64,000 nucleotides of DNA from an uncultured virus (IMG/VR IMGVR_UViG_3300036715_001702) (Duplodnaviria; Heunggongvirae; Uroviricota; Caudoviricetes). Below the pieces are notes generated by a model, which saw only the letters and a program-made list of their open reading frames with translations, had not been told where the DNA came from and did not search any database. Made by a program: the position numbers and the translations under genes. This document shows, in pieces, positions 51,071 through 60,907 of the stretch (within the stretch, counting starts at the first letter, position 1; each line of letters starts with the position of its first letter). The stretch lies in IMG/VR virus record IMGVR_UViG_3300036715_001702. One strand, given 5' to 3'.

Positions 51071-52075
51071 TTATACTAATTCTGATATTAATTCTGTAGA
51101 TAATATAATATCTCCAGATTGAAGTTCTTCAGCTTCTTTCCAACATTCGTCAGTCTCATCATTAGACCATTCTGGTTTAATTAAAAATTTATGGTTTGGA
51201 GTAACTTCAATAATCTTACCATCTTCTAGTTCTATTTTAAGAGTTGGAGCATTATCAAAAGAGTAAACTTCTTCTACCTCTTTTGGACCTTCTAAAGTTT
51301 GAACAAAATCGCCAATTTTAATGTCCTTAATCTCTTTAAGATCTCCATCTCCCATTGTAACTAATGTGTTAAATTTAGCGCAGAAGTAACTGTGATTTGA
51401 AAGCAAAAGTGGGATCGACAGTGTACCTAATTTTTGTGTAACGATACGAAAAATAGATTTTAATTGTTTAGCTCTCGTCATATCAGCTTTCTCGTTTCCA
51501 GATTCTGCATCATTGACTTCTTTATTTGATGCTAAGTTTCCTAATGAATCTAAAACTAATAAAACTTTAGGAAGTTCATAACCTTCATTCTTCATGTCTT
51601 GCATCTTCTTGATAAACTTAGCAAGGTATACTTTTAAATCTTCAACTGTGGCTATTGGATCAATACGAAATTTTGAAGTGTCAATACCAAATTTGTTACA
51701 TAAATTTAAATCTATTGCATTCTCTGAATCTAAATAAATCACATAATAGTCTTGCTTCTGGGCAGCTTTTGCAAAGTTTAAACATAAGTACGTCTTGCCT
51801 GTCCCAGATTCTCCGCCTATTCCAACAACCTTGTTATTTGGTATACCTCCACCTACTAATTTAGTAGATAATGCAGCATCCAGAACATAAATCCCAGAGG
51901 ATATAAATTCTTTAGTATTGATAAATTCATTAGTCTCTACTAAAGATCCTATAGGATTAACTTCTTTGCTAAGGAAATCATTCAATTTGCTAAATTCGAA
52001 CACCTTAGTGTTGCTTTTCTGAGCTGCCGCTTTTGCGGAACTACCAGCAGTCTTTACAGTTGCTTTTTTTGCCAT
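51071..52075 (-). CDS. uvsX: UvsX/RecA N-terminal part with split-intein N fragment (51071-51382)
   Basis: GESGTGKT, LDSENA, LDSLGNLAS, DMTRAK, SNHSYF|CAKFNT...VTPNHKFL. Confidence 0.92.
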   Translation of the reverse strand: MAKKATVKTAGSSAKAAAQKSNTKVFEFSKLNDFLSKEVNPIGSLVETNEFINTKEFISSGIYVLDAALSTKLVGGGIPNNKVVGIGGESGTGKTYLCLNFAKAAQKQDYYVIYLDSENAIDLNLCNKFGIDTSKFRIDPIATVEDLKVYLAKFIKKMQDMKNEGYELPKVLLVLDSLGNLASNKEVNDAESGNEKADMTRAKQLKSIFRIVTQKLGTLSIPLLLSNHSYFCAKFNTLVTMGDGDLKEIKDIKIGDFVQTLEGPKEVEEVYSFDNAPTLKIELEDGKIIEVTPNHKFLIKPEWSNDETDECWKEAEELQSGDIILSTELISELV

Positions 52076-52151
52076 TTTTATTTTAATTATTTGATTAATA
52101 TATGTCCTAAAACGTTAAAAGTTTAAGTCGATTTTTATCAATATATAGTTC

Positions 52152-52607
52152 ATGATAAATTTTGAACAATTCAGCAAAATAAATGAGATGTCTCTACCAC
52201 CAGATAGCGTATTGAGATTGAACGGGCATCAGATCCTCACAAGATTGGTTTTGGGCACAACTGCTCAGATCAAATTATACCATTGGCAGGCAACAAAGCA
52301 CAACACCCACACTATACTAGGAGATCTTTATGATTTTTTCAACGAAGCTTCAGATAAATTGATAGAAGTCCTGATGGGTCGATATGGCATCATTAATCTT
52401 GATATAGAAGATGTAAACAATACTCTGATGACGATGGATTTAAAAGAGATTACTGATATTGTTTCATTTCTGGATGTGACAATCTATATGTTGAAAAATA
52501 CATATGTGTTAAATCTTACCGAAGGAGCAGATGATGATATAATAAGCATCATCCAGGAAATAACAGCAGAGTTAGAAAAAACAAAATACTTGATCAAACA
52601 AGCATAA
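52152..52607 (+). CDS. Ferritin/Dps-like four-helix protein with capsid-targeting-like N-terminus
   Basis: QIKLYHWQ..H..LGDLYD...DKLIEVLMGRYG. Confidence 0.7.
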   Translation: MINFEQFSKINEMSLPPDSVLRLNGHQILTRLVLGTTAQIKLYHWQATKHNTHTILGDLYDFFNEASDKLIEVLMGRYGIINLDIEDVNNTLMTMDLKEITDIVSFLDVTIYMLKNTYVLNLTEGADDDIISIIQEITAELEKTKYLIKQA

Positions 52608-53360
52608 ATGGAGATATACAATTTCGAACAATTCAAAAAGCTTTACGAATCATCCGAACTTGATTGGTCCTTCAGCGGAGGAAATCCTGCAATGCCAGGA
52701 GGTCCTTATTCTGGATCTCATATAGATGATTACAATCTCTCTACTGATGGATATAGCAAATTTACAATCAGTCAGAAATCATGGTTGAATACGTTAGATT
52801 TTATCACAAAAGCTGTTTTCAGCAAAGACGAAGTTACACCTAGGGTTTACAAAGGATATATGCCTTTGCAGAACATCACTAATGTGATCATACAGCGTCT
52901 TGAAAACAAGATCGATTCTGTCGATGTTTATCTGACGTTCGTGATGGACGATATAGAATACTGGTCGATATTCAGAAATTATGGTAGAATGCAACCTCCT
53001 AAGTTTGTATCAGAACTGACATTTAACAAAGAACATCATTCATTGAGCTACGATAATTACGTGCGCTTGCAGGGCATATTGATCAATATGTTGGATGGTT
53101 TCTTTTCTAAGATAAACGGAAGATATAATTGTTTGAAAGATGGAGTTCTGGTTTATGACAAAATGGGAATAGATTATCTATTGAACAAAAAAACATATAT
53201 CATCGTAGAGGACATGAGCAATCAACCCTTCGATAGATTTATCAAGATGAAGATAAATATGGATAAAAATAATGTTAAAACTGTATACATGAGAGGTATA
53301 GATTGTCTGTACTTCAATTATTGGTTTGAACCTGTAGATTTAAAAAAAGAATTAATATAA
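52608..53360 (+). CDS. Hypothetical protein with capsid-targeting-like N-terminus
   Basis: MEIYNFEQFKKLYE. Confidence 0.7.
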   Translation: MEIYNFEQFKKLYESSELDWSFSGGNPAMPGGPYSGSHIDDYNLSTDGYSKFTISQKSWLNTLDFITKAVFSKDEVTPRVYKGYMPLQNITNVIIQRLENKIDSVDVYLTFVMDDIEYWSIFRNYGRMQPPKFVSELTFNKEHHSLSYDNYVRLQGILINMLDGFFSKINGRYNCLKDGVLVYDKMGIDYLLNKKTYIIVEDMSNQPFDRFIKMKINMDKNNVKTVYMRGIDCLYFNYWFEPVDLKKELI

Positions 53361-53362
53361 TC

Positions 53363-53890
53363 ATGATCACAGCTGAACAACTAACGAATATAATCGGTGT
53401 TAAATATGCCAACAAAGCGAGTCAGATAATTCCTTATCTGTTGCAGACTATAGAAATGTATCAGATAAATACTCCATTGAGACTGTGTCATTTTCTGGCT
53501 CAGGTTTTACATGAATCTGGAGGATTCTTCTATGTAGAAGAACTGGCTTCTGGAGCTGCATACGAAGGAAGAAAAGATCTGGGCAATATCAATGAAGGAG
53601 ATGGTGTAAGGTTCAAAGGAAGAGCTTACATCCAGATCACAGGTCGAGCAAATTACCAATCGATTACAAATGAATTCAAACACGATTTTGTTACAAATCC
53701 AAAGGATCTGTCCAACATAGAATATGCCATGAAGGCCTCAGGTTGGTTCTGGAACAAGAAGTCATTGAATCTATTGGCAGACAAAGATGATATAACAAGT
53801 ATCACTAAAAAGGTTAACGGTGGACTTAACGGTTTCGATGATAGAAAATTGTGGCTTTCCAAATGTAAAAAAGTTTTAATGCCGGTTTAA
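53363..53890 (+). CDS. GH19 endolysin
   Basis: FLAQVLHESG, YEGRKDLGN, FKGRAYIQITGRANY, VNGGLNG. Confidence 0.93.
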   Translation: MITAEQLTNIIGVKYANKASQIIPYLLQTIEMYQINTPLRLCHFLAQVLHESGGFFYVEELASGAAYEGRKDLGNINEGDGVRFKGRAYIQITGRANYQSITNEFKHDFVTNPKDLSNIEYAMKASGWFWNKKSLNLLADKDDITSITKKVNGGLNGFDDRKLWLSKCKKVLMPV

Positions 53891-53977
53891 AGATCATTGA
53901 ATTAGTAAAAAAAATAAAAAGGAACTTATATGTTTAAATATGTAATATGAATTTAAACATATAAGTTCACAAAAAAA

Positions 53978-54568
53978 ATGATAACAAATTTCAAGACATC
54001 CGTAAATGAAAACCTGCTGGTTCCTCGTAATATCGAAGGTCGCAAGGAAAAGCTCAAACAATTAAACACGAGGTTGCTTTCACAGGAAGTGATAGATGGA
54101 GATCTTGAAATTGACGAATCTTTCATGGATATTGATCCTAAATTTTTAAAGCTCAAGAAAGTGAATGGTGATGTTTGGTTAACAGGAAATCAATGGACAG
54201 AAATACCTGTATGGTTGAAAGATGTAGAAATATCTGGATATTTTGATTTTACATATAATAAATTGACATCATTAAAAAACTGTCCACATAAAATAGGAAG
54301 TAGTTTATATTGTTATCGTAACCAATTAATATCTCTCGAAGGATGCCCTGAAACTTTAAAAGGGACGTTTGATTGCTCATATAATAAATTAAAGTCTTTA
54401 GAAGGATGTCCTAAAAATATAGGAGGATATTTTGATTGCTCACATAATAAATTAACATCACTTAAAGGATGTCCTGAAAACATAGAAGGAAAATTTAAGT
54501 GTCATGATAATAAAACCGAATTAGAACTTCCTGATTATGTAAAATTAAAAGGTGAATTTATAAATTAA
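53978..54568 (+). CDS. LRR-like family paralog 6
   Basis: MITNFKTSVNE; four repeats. Confidence 0.9.
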   Translation: MITNFKTSVNENLLVPRNIEGRKEKLKQLNTRLLSQEVIDGDLEIDESFMDIDPKFLKLKKVNGDVWLTGNQWTEIPVWLKDVEISGYFDFTYNKLTSLKNCPHKIGSSLYCYRNQLISLEGCPETLKGTFDCSYNKLKSLEGCPKNIGGYFDCSHNKLTSLKGCPENIEGKFKCHDNKTELELPDYVKLKGEFIN

Positions 54569-54574
54569 ATTAAA

Positions 54575-54832
54575 TTAAACACCTTTTTTTAATGCATCAT
54601 TAATCGTGTTCATTAGTTGAAACCAGTGAATTTTGTATTCTTTCCAAGGATTTTCCTTACTGATAAAATACACAAAAGTATTAATATTTGTGTGTTTTTC
54701 AGTAGTATATGATGTTTTCTCATCTATGATTTCTACTTTAAAGTTAGGAAAACATTGTTCAGAAATCTTTTTTATTTCTTCTTTATTCTCTTCTGTTAAA
54801 GAAGATTTTATGGATTCTAAAAATAATTGCAT
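54575..54832 (-). CDS. Hypothetical protein
   Basis: 85 aa ORF. Confidence 0.55.
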   Translation of the reverse strand: MQLFLESIKSSLTEENKEEIKKISEQCFPNFKVEIIDEKTSYTTEKHTNINTFVYFISKENPWKEYKIHWFQLMNTINDALKKGV

Positions 54833-54833
54833 T

Positions 54834-55091
54834 TTAAAAATTTGTTTTATTGTTGAAATCTGTTTGTTCTTTTTTTATTAATTCTAAAAATTTTATCCAC
54901 TGTTTGTTATCGTTGACTATTGTGTCAATGCCAACTTCTTGTATGTGGTTTGCTATCATGAAACATCCTTCCAGATTTGAATGCATGTCTAGTTCGAAAC
55001 ATATTCTTGAAGAAGCATAGATACATATATTCATATCAGTTATGTCATATGAATTTTCTAAGATCTGCTTGATCAACCTTTCTATTTGCAT
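54834..55091 (-). CDS. Hypothetical protein
   Basis: 85 aa ORF. Confidence 0.55.
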   Translation of the reverse strand: MQIERLIKQILENSYDITDMNICIYASSRICFELDMHSNLEGCFMIANHIQEVGIDTIVNDNKQWIKFLELIKKEQTDFNNKTNF

Positions 55092-55666
55092 AATTCTATC
55101 AATTTTCCTAGTCTTGGCTCTGCTAATCCTGTTCCATAAATATAAGCATTATCTTTAAAAGTTCGAATTCCATATGATCCAAGTTCGCATTCTTTATCTT
55201 TTACCATTCCAACTATATCAATTGAACCATCATAGTTCTTGACAATTTTACAATTTATGTAATTTTTGAAAAAATTGAAGGCATCAGTAACCATACTGTG
55301 CAATATAACACCATTCACATCTTTAGTTTCGATGAGTTCTAATTTCATGAAATATTTTCCATGTAGAGAATCTTCGATATCGTCTCTGAAGCAAGGTGTG
55401 ATTGCACAATATCTGCCTTTAGGAAGGTCTTCATCCTCAATTTTTTGCAAGAAAGATTGTTCTCCAGAAGCGACTAACACTTTGTCTTCAACAAAGAAAT
55501 CTTTATGATGCTCAGGTTTTGTATGAACGCTGATATCTGGATAAACGGTCCAATCTACATCAGTGTATGTGTAACCCAAGTTTTCGTAATGATCTAGTGC
55601 TTCTATAAATCTTCTATAATTGATTATGTTTTCCATATTTAAATTAGTTTCTGTATCCGTTTTCAA
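55082..55666 (-). CDS. Minimal class II aaRS-like catalytic-core protein
   Basis: VASGEQSF, TPCFRD (motif 2), ELGSYG, YGTGLAEPR (motif 3). Confidence 0.75.
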   Translation of the reverse strand: MKTDTETNLNMENIINYRRFIEALDHYENLGYTYTDVDWTVYPDISVHTKPEHHKDFFVEDKVLVASGEQSFLQKIEDEDLPKGRYCAITPCFRDDIEDSLHGKYFMKLELIETKDVNGVILHSMVTDAFNFFKNYINCKIVKNYDGSIDIVGMVKDKECELGSYGIRTFKDNAYIYGTGLAEPRLGKLIELCK

Positions 55667-56714
55667 ATGCTCTTTTTGTTATATTACTAAATTTTTCAAG
55701 ATCTTCCATTTTCAATCCTTGATTTTCAGCAAAGGCTCTAATGGCACCATATAAATCTGATAGTTCTACCATCATCATAATCTTGCAATCTTGTTCCATA
55801 GCATCTTTTAGTTCTTCTAATTCTTCTTCTATTTTCGAAATATCTCCAAGTGTTCCTTTTTTGATATCTTTTAAATGATAACCTTTTTCTATTATATCAG
55901 GGAATATTTTTCCATCATTCCTTATAGAAAAAAGAATTTTGTCTGATGTATTTTCTGGATATGCTACTTTGCCATGTTCTGATGAAAATAACAATTCGTC
56001 ATTTGAATTTTTTATTGCATAATCGTATATGCAAGATTTAATCGGTGTATAGAATAAATCTTTCATCATTTCTTCTTGAGTATAGAATTTTTCTTTCTGA
56101 TAAGGAACTTCTCTATCATTATATTTATCTATGTTGTGATTTTTGTATTTCAAAACTTTGTGAGCAATAGGATAAACATGATATCTATGATAAGTTTTAT
56201 GAATCCCAGTTTCAGACATTTCTATTATCACATTATCAGTATTATCATAAGCTACTAACATTCCTGTTACAGATTCGTCGTCTCTTATTTTTACTAATGA
56301 ATTGATATCAATATTCTTATCATAGACTTCGTAGTAATATGTATCGCTGTATGAATACAATTTTTCTTTAATCTTTTTCTCTACATCCTTTGTGTTGTAG
56401 ATCATATCTAATGAACTATCGTCTATAGTATCCAATCCTATCAACAGGCTTTTTTGTTTTTCGTCTAGCTGTATGACTTTGTAGGGTTCACATAAAGGCC
56501 AAAGCTCATTCACTGTATATAAATAATCGTTTATCACATATGTTGTATTTATTGTTGATTCATAAACATGATCTATGTTTTCTACATTCATGTTTCCTGA
56601 TGCATTTTTTATCACTACTAATGAACCTGTTTTTAAGTTTGGATATCCTTCATATATTTCAGATAAGAACAAGATCTCGTTAAGATAGTTTCTATGTATG
56701 TGATATTTTGCCAT
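55644..56714 (-). CDS. Hypothetical protein with C-terminal MazG-like helical domain
   Basis: KIEEELEEL...ELSDLYGA. Confidence 0.6.
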   Translation of the reverse strand: MAKYHIHRNYLNEILFLSEIYEGYPNLKTGSLVVIKNASGNMNVENIDHVYESTINTTYVINDYLYTVNELWPLCEPYKVIQLDEKQKSLLIGLDTIDDSSLDMIYNTKDVEKKIKEKLYSYSDTYYYEVYDKNIDINSLVKIRDDESVTGMLVAYDNTDNVIIEMSETGIHKTYHRYHVYPIAHKVLKYKNHNIDKYNDREVPYQKEKFYTQEEMMKDLFYTPIKSCIYDYAIKNSNDELLFSSEHGKVAYPENTSDKILFSIRNDGKIFPDIIEKGYHLKDIKKGTLGDISKIEEELEELKDAMEQDCKIMMMVELSDLYGAIRAFAENQGLKMEDLEKFSNITKRAFENGYRN

Positions 56715-56772
56715 GTTTTATAAGTTTGATATTTTTATTACAAAATGACACAAAGTTTTAAATATATACACT

Positions 56773-57063
56773 ATGATTTTAAATTTTAAACAATTCTTAA
56801 ACGAGGACGCTTATGCTAATGCTGCAAATGTTACAGGTATGGGAGCAGTCGTAACATCGCAACCTTCTGCAATACCTGGAGATGCTTCTGGGGCCACAAC
56901 TGGTTCTGGTGATATAGGATTCCCTTTTGCTATGTATACAAAAATGCCACAATTCGGATATGGAAAATACGAACCCAAGATCAAAAAACCAAAGAAGGAT
57001 AAGAAATCTAAATCTAAACTTGCAAATTTGTACAGTTTTGATGAGTTTTCTATTCAAGATTAA
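56773..57063 (+). CDS. Small protein with capsid-targeting-like N-terminus
   Basis: MILNFKQFLNE; AATATATAC upstream. Confidence 0.7.
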   Translation: MILNFKQFLNEDAYANAANVTGMGAVVTSQPSAIPGDASGATTGSGDIGFPFAMYTKMPQFGYGKYEPKIKKPKKDKKSKSKLANLYSFDEFSIQD

Positions 57064-57096
57064 AAACTTTTATGATCATTTTGTATATTTGTTGTT

Positions 57097-57579
57097 ATGA
57101 CAACATCAAGTAAACTGCTCATACTGGGAAAAGGAGCTGCCGGAAAAGACCATCTTTGCAGACGCTTTGAAAAAAGAGGATTTACCAAATCTATCAGCTA
57201 CACAACAAGGCCCATCAGACTTAATGAAAAAGATGGTATCGATTATCATTTCATATCTGAAGAACAATTCAAATCAATGTCAGATGCTAATGCATGGCAA
57301 GAACAAGATTGTTTCAGAGGTTGGTATTACGGTACAACAAAAGATTCTTTTGAAGATAATAATCTTTTCATAAAAACTCCAAGAGTTTTGGCAGCAATGA
57401 AACCTGAAGACCGAGCTCAATGTTTTGTTATTTATTTAAATCCTCCAAAAGACATAATTAGAAAAAGACTAGAATATAGAAATGATGCCGATGATGTAGA
57501 ACGTCGCATAAGAACAGATGAAGAAGCCTTCGCAGATTTCAAAGATTACGATTTAATGATTACAGACCCAAATTTTTAA
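57097..57579 (+). CDS. gmk: Guanylate kinase
   Basis: GKGAAGKD, SYTTRPIR..EKDGIDYHF, YYGT. Confidence 0.9.
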   Translation: MTTSSKLLILGKGAAGKDHLCRRFEKRGFTKSISYTTRPIRLNEKDGIDYHFISEEQFKSMSDANAWQEQDCFRGWYYGTTKDSFEDNNLFIKTPRVLAAMKPEDRAQCFVIYLNPPKDIIRKRLEYRNDADDVERRIRTDEEAFADFKDYDLMITDPNF

Positions 57580-57582
57580 AAT

Positions 57583-58611
57583 ATGAACACAAGTATAGAT
57601 TACTACAGAATTTTAGAGACTAAAAATAATGCAACAGAGACTGAAATAAAAAAAGCTTTCAGAAATCTTTCCAAACAATATCATCCGGATAAAAATCCAG
57701 ATAATAAAGAATTTGAAGAGAAATTTAAAAGTGTAGCTGAAGCATATGCCGTATTAGGAGATAAAACTAAAAAAGCTGACTACGATAAAAAAAGTCATTT
57801 TGGAAACAACTACGATCCTAATTATGGTACTTATCAGAGTTTTGGAAATGGAGGTTTTGATCCATTTGCTCATATGAAACAAGCATATGCCAAAGCTGAA
57901 GAATCTAGACGCAGAGCTTTGGAATTATCCATAGCAATGACAGTTACGATCACATTAGCAGAAGCTTACAATGACGAGACTCTGACAAAAAAATATAAAA
58001 GAAGAGTTCCTTGTGATACTTGCAATGGTTGTGGCTACGATGATAAGAAGGATGTATATGATTGTGAACTATGTAATAACACAGGAAAAGATGCAAAAAC
58101 AGGAAAAAATTGTAAATCGTGTAAAGGCAGTGGAGCTTTAGGTATACATAAATGCGAGACTTGTAAAGGCAGAGGTTTAGTAGAGAAGGAATTTTCATTC
58201 AACATACAAAATCCTAGCAGGTTTATAAATAGCGAAGAACAACAATTTGTGAACCAAGGCCATGGTAATTATTCTGATGATATGTCAGAGCTTGGTCACC
58301 TCATCATCAATGTCAAGATTGAAGAAAATAATAAATATTCATTCCAGAACGGAGACATATACTATACCTTAGATCTGCATTATCAGGATGTTATAGATGG
58401 CATAAAGGTTCAACATCAACATTTGGATGGAAAGGTATATGCAGTACAAATTCCTGAAAAATGCAAAGATGGAAATGTATTAAAATTGGCTGGCAAAGGT
58501 ATAACATATCACAATCCTTACAATGGGCAGAAATACAGAGGAAATCTGTTATTAACAGTCAATGTGATTATTGATTATGATAGAGTACAATCTAAAGTTC
58601 AACAAAACTAA
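57583..58611 (+). CDS. dnaJ: DnaJ chaperone
   Basis: J domain with HPD; four CxxCxxxG repeats. Confidence 0.95.
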   Translation: MNTSIDYYRILETKNNATETEIKKAFRNLSKQYHPDKNPDNKEFEEKFKSVAEAYAVLGDKTKKADYDKKSHFGNNYDPNYGTYQSFGNGGFDPFAHMKQAYAKAEESRRRALELSIAMTVTITLAEAYNDETLTKKYKRRVPCDTCNGCGYDDKKDVYDCELCNNTGKDAKTGKNCKSCKGSGALGIHKCETCKGRGLVEKEFSFNIQNPSRFINSEEQQFVNQGHGNYSDDMSELGHLIINVKIEENNKYSFQNGDIYYTLDLHYQDVIDGIKVQHQHLDGKVYAVQIPEKCKDGNVLKLAGKGITYHNPYNGQKYRGNLLLTVNVIIDYDRVQSKVQQN

Positions 58612-58635
58612 TTAACTTTTTTAAATAAAATATAC

Positions 58636-59412
58636 ATGAGCACTAAAAATTCAATCACAGATGTAAACTGTGTTTTTACAAAAGATGGACTGACTACATT
58701 TCTTGTCAACTTGCAAGATCTTGCAAAGATCAATAAAGATCATACCGTAAAGGTGATCTTTGATCATGATAAAACTTTAATGTATACGTTAAATGGTGCT
58801 ACAATATTCAAGACTTGTCAATTAGATAACAAAGATCTTTTTTCATCATTTCCAGATGAATTCAAAGAACAGATATCAATGATGATTTTAGATGCTGATA
58901 AGTTTGTAAAACGTATGGCATTCTATAGAGATTCTGAAGAAGTCAAAGCTACATTAGGTTACAGAAAGAATTATTCTGGACAAAACTATGTATATTATTT
59001 CAAAGCCAATGACAAGAAATTGAAAATGAGCATAGTGTGCGGAGAACAAAATAAATTGGATGTGATCACACGAACTCAGATACAGACGAAAGTAGATGCT
59101 CCTTCAGATTTCATATTTAATATAGATATAGAAAAGTTACAAAAAATCAAAAAATTGAGTGCATTATATCCAGATGATACGACTTTAACAATAAGGATAA
59201 AAAACAACAAGTTATTTTTTGAAGAAGAAGATAAATGGTCGATGCATGTTGATGATGTAGAAAGTGAGAATGCTTCATATAGATTTACTAAGAAATATAT
59301 CAATTCTATAAACAATAGCAATTCTGTAAAGATAGAAATGAAAGGTTTGTTTATGACAATTTCAAATGAAACAGTATTATTGATGATAGGATTGGAAGTT
59401 AGTGATTTCTAA
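58636..59412 (+). CDS. Possible sliding clamp (gp45/PCNA-like)
   Basis: 258 aa with a two-fold repeated alpha/beta pattern; replication context; no hard motif. Confidence 0.45.
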   Translation: MSTKNSITDVNCVFTKDGLTTFLVNLQDLAKINKDHTVKVIFDHDKTLMYTLNGATIFKTCQLDNKDLFSSFPDEFKEQISMMILDADKFVKRMAFYRDSEEVKATLGYRKNYSGQNYVYYFKANDKKLKMSIVCGEQNKLDVITRTQIQTKVDAPSDFIFNIDIEKLQKIKKLSALYPDDTTLTIRIKNNKLFFEEEDKWSMHVDDVESENASYRFTKKYINSINNSNSVKIEMKGLFMTISNETVLLMIGLEVSDF

Positions 59413-59426
59413 TAAATTTTAAAAAT

Positions 59427-60569
59427 ATGTATACAAAAGAAGAATTAGAGTACCTTGATTACAAGGAATCTTATTATTTGGGAAATCCAAAAATTTCAGA
59501 TCCTGAATTTGATAAATTTGAAGATCTACTAAGAAAGAAAGGATCCAGAGTTGTTGATATAGTAGGATATACGATCAAGAATAAAAAAGATGTATATGAT
59601 CATCCTTCAGATATGTTATCACTTGAAAAATTGCAAGTGAATGATGAAGAAAACATACCATTGGATGAACTTGAAAAATGGATGAACCAGATGTCAGGTA
59701 GTATCATCGAGATAAGCCCTAAATACGATGGCAATGCAATTAATTGTATTTATCAGGATGGTGTACTGATCAAAGCTTTAACAAGAGGTAGTAAAACTCA
59801 AGGGTTCGAAAGGATTAACAAATTGAAACACTTGGTTCCTAATATAATTCCATTGAAAGGAACTGTACAAATCAGAGGTGAAATAGTTATCACTGATAAA
59901 GAGTACCAAAAATACAGAGATCCTGAAAAAATATCAAATGCTCGTAATTTTGTTGCTGGAATTTTAAACAGAGATGAAGTTGATTTTGATATTATTAACG
60001 ATCTAGTATTTGTTGCATATTCATGTCTGTTGAATAATGGATACATAGATAATACTATGCAACAATTGGAAAATTTTGGTTTCAACGCTATACATAAACC
60101 TTTCCTTAGAAAATTTTCTAATATTTCAGATTTTCCAGCATTGTATAAAGAATTCAAACAATATAGAAAGAATATCAGTGAATTTCTGTTAGATGGTATA
60201 GTTCTCAAATTTCCTGAAAGTATTCGTCCTATTTTATCAGAGACTGATCATCATCCAAGGTGGGGTTTGGCAATCAAGTTTGAAACTGACATAGTAGAGA
60301 CTGAAATTTTAGATATTATCTGGAACGTTTCAACAACTGGCGAATTGTCTCCTGTTGCTATATTGAAACCTGTAGAACTTTTAGGAACCATAGTTCAGAA
60401 AGCATCTCTTTATAATTTAGGATCTATCATAACAATGAGATCTTTTCCTGGAGCTACAGTAAAGATTAGAAAATCTGGAGAAATAATACCACAAATATTA
60501 AGTGTTATAATTCCTTCACCAAATGAAGATCAATATTTAAAACAATATGAAGAAAGATGCAGAGTATAG
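59427..60569 (+). CDS. ligA: Minimal NAD-dependent DNA ligase (adenylation plus OB domains)
   Basis: ISDPEFD, MLSLEK, PKYDG, RGE, DGIVLK, AIKF, KSGEIIPQ; ends before Zn/HhH/BRCT. Confidence 0.9.
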   Translation: MYTKEELEYLDYKESYYLGNPKISDPEFDKFEDLLRKKGSRVVDIVGYTIKNKKDVYDHPSDMLSLEKLQVNDEENIPLDELEKWMNQMSGSIIEISPKYDGNAINCIYQDGVLIKALTRGSKTQGFERINKLKHLVPNIIPLKGTVQIRGEIVITDKEYQKYRDPEKISNARNFVAGILNRDEVDFDIINDLVFVAYSCLLNNGYIDNTMQQLENFGFNAIHKPFLRKFSNISDFPALYKEFKQYRKNISEFLLDGIVLKFPESIRPILSETDHHPRWGLAIKFETDIVETEILDIIWNVSTTGELSPVAILKPVELLGTIVQKASLYNLGSIITMRSFPGATVKIRKSGEIIPQILSVIIPSPNEDQYLKQYEERCRV

Positions 60570-60823
60570 AAGATATTAAAAAATCGGCATTGTTTTATTT
60601 GTTAGACTATAAAGATAAAACTTTTATAGCGATACACGAAACCAATATTGAGCAAACTCAGCAGATTGGATTTACGATAGCGTGGAATAAAAATAAAAAA
60701 GAATTTGATTATTCATATGGCCCAACATTCATGATGAATGAATATGTAGATCGTTGCATAGCGAACAAAAGATTTGATATGACAAATTCTTATGAAGAAG
60801 CATTGAAACATATCAAAAAATAA
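60557..60823 (+). CDS. Hypothetical protein
   Basis: 88 aa ORF. Confidence 0.55.
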   Translation: MQSIEDIKKSALFYLLDYKDKTFIAIHETNIEQTQQIGFTIAWNKNKKEFDYSYGPTFMMNEYVDRCIANKRFDMTNSYEEALKHIKK

Positions 60824-60907
60824 TATTTTACTCTAAAACTTTTAAAATAAATTTTCATATTACATATCTAAATATTAAATTAGCAATAAATAAAACAACA
60901 AACAAAT

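Noticed and set aside
8792..54568. Diversity-generating retroelement behind the LRR-like variation
   Set aside because: Many variable codons are NNT, but there is no reverse transcriptase or non-coding template in the window, some variable codons do not fit A-only mutation, and T-ending codons are common here. Not excluded genome-wide.
52..60208. Short antisense or overlapping ORFs in the track
   Set aside because: They are shadows of longer motif-bearing genes with no independent support.
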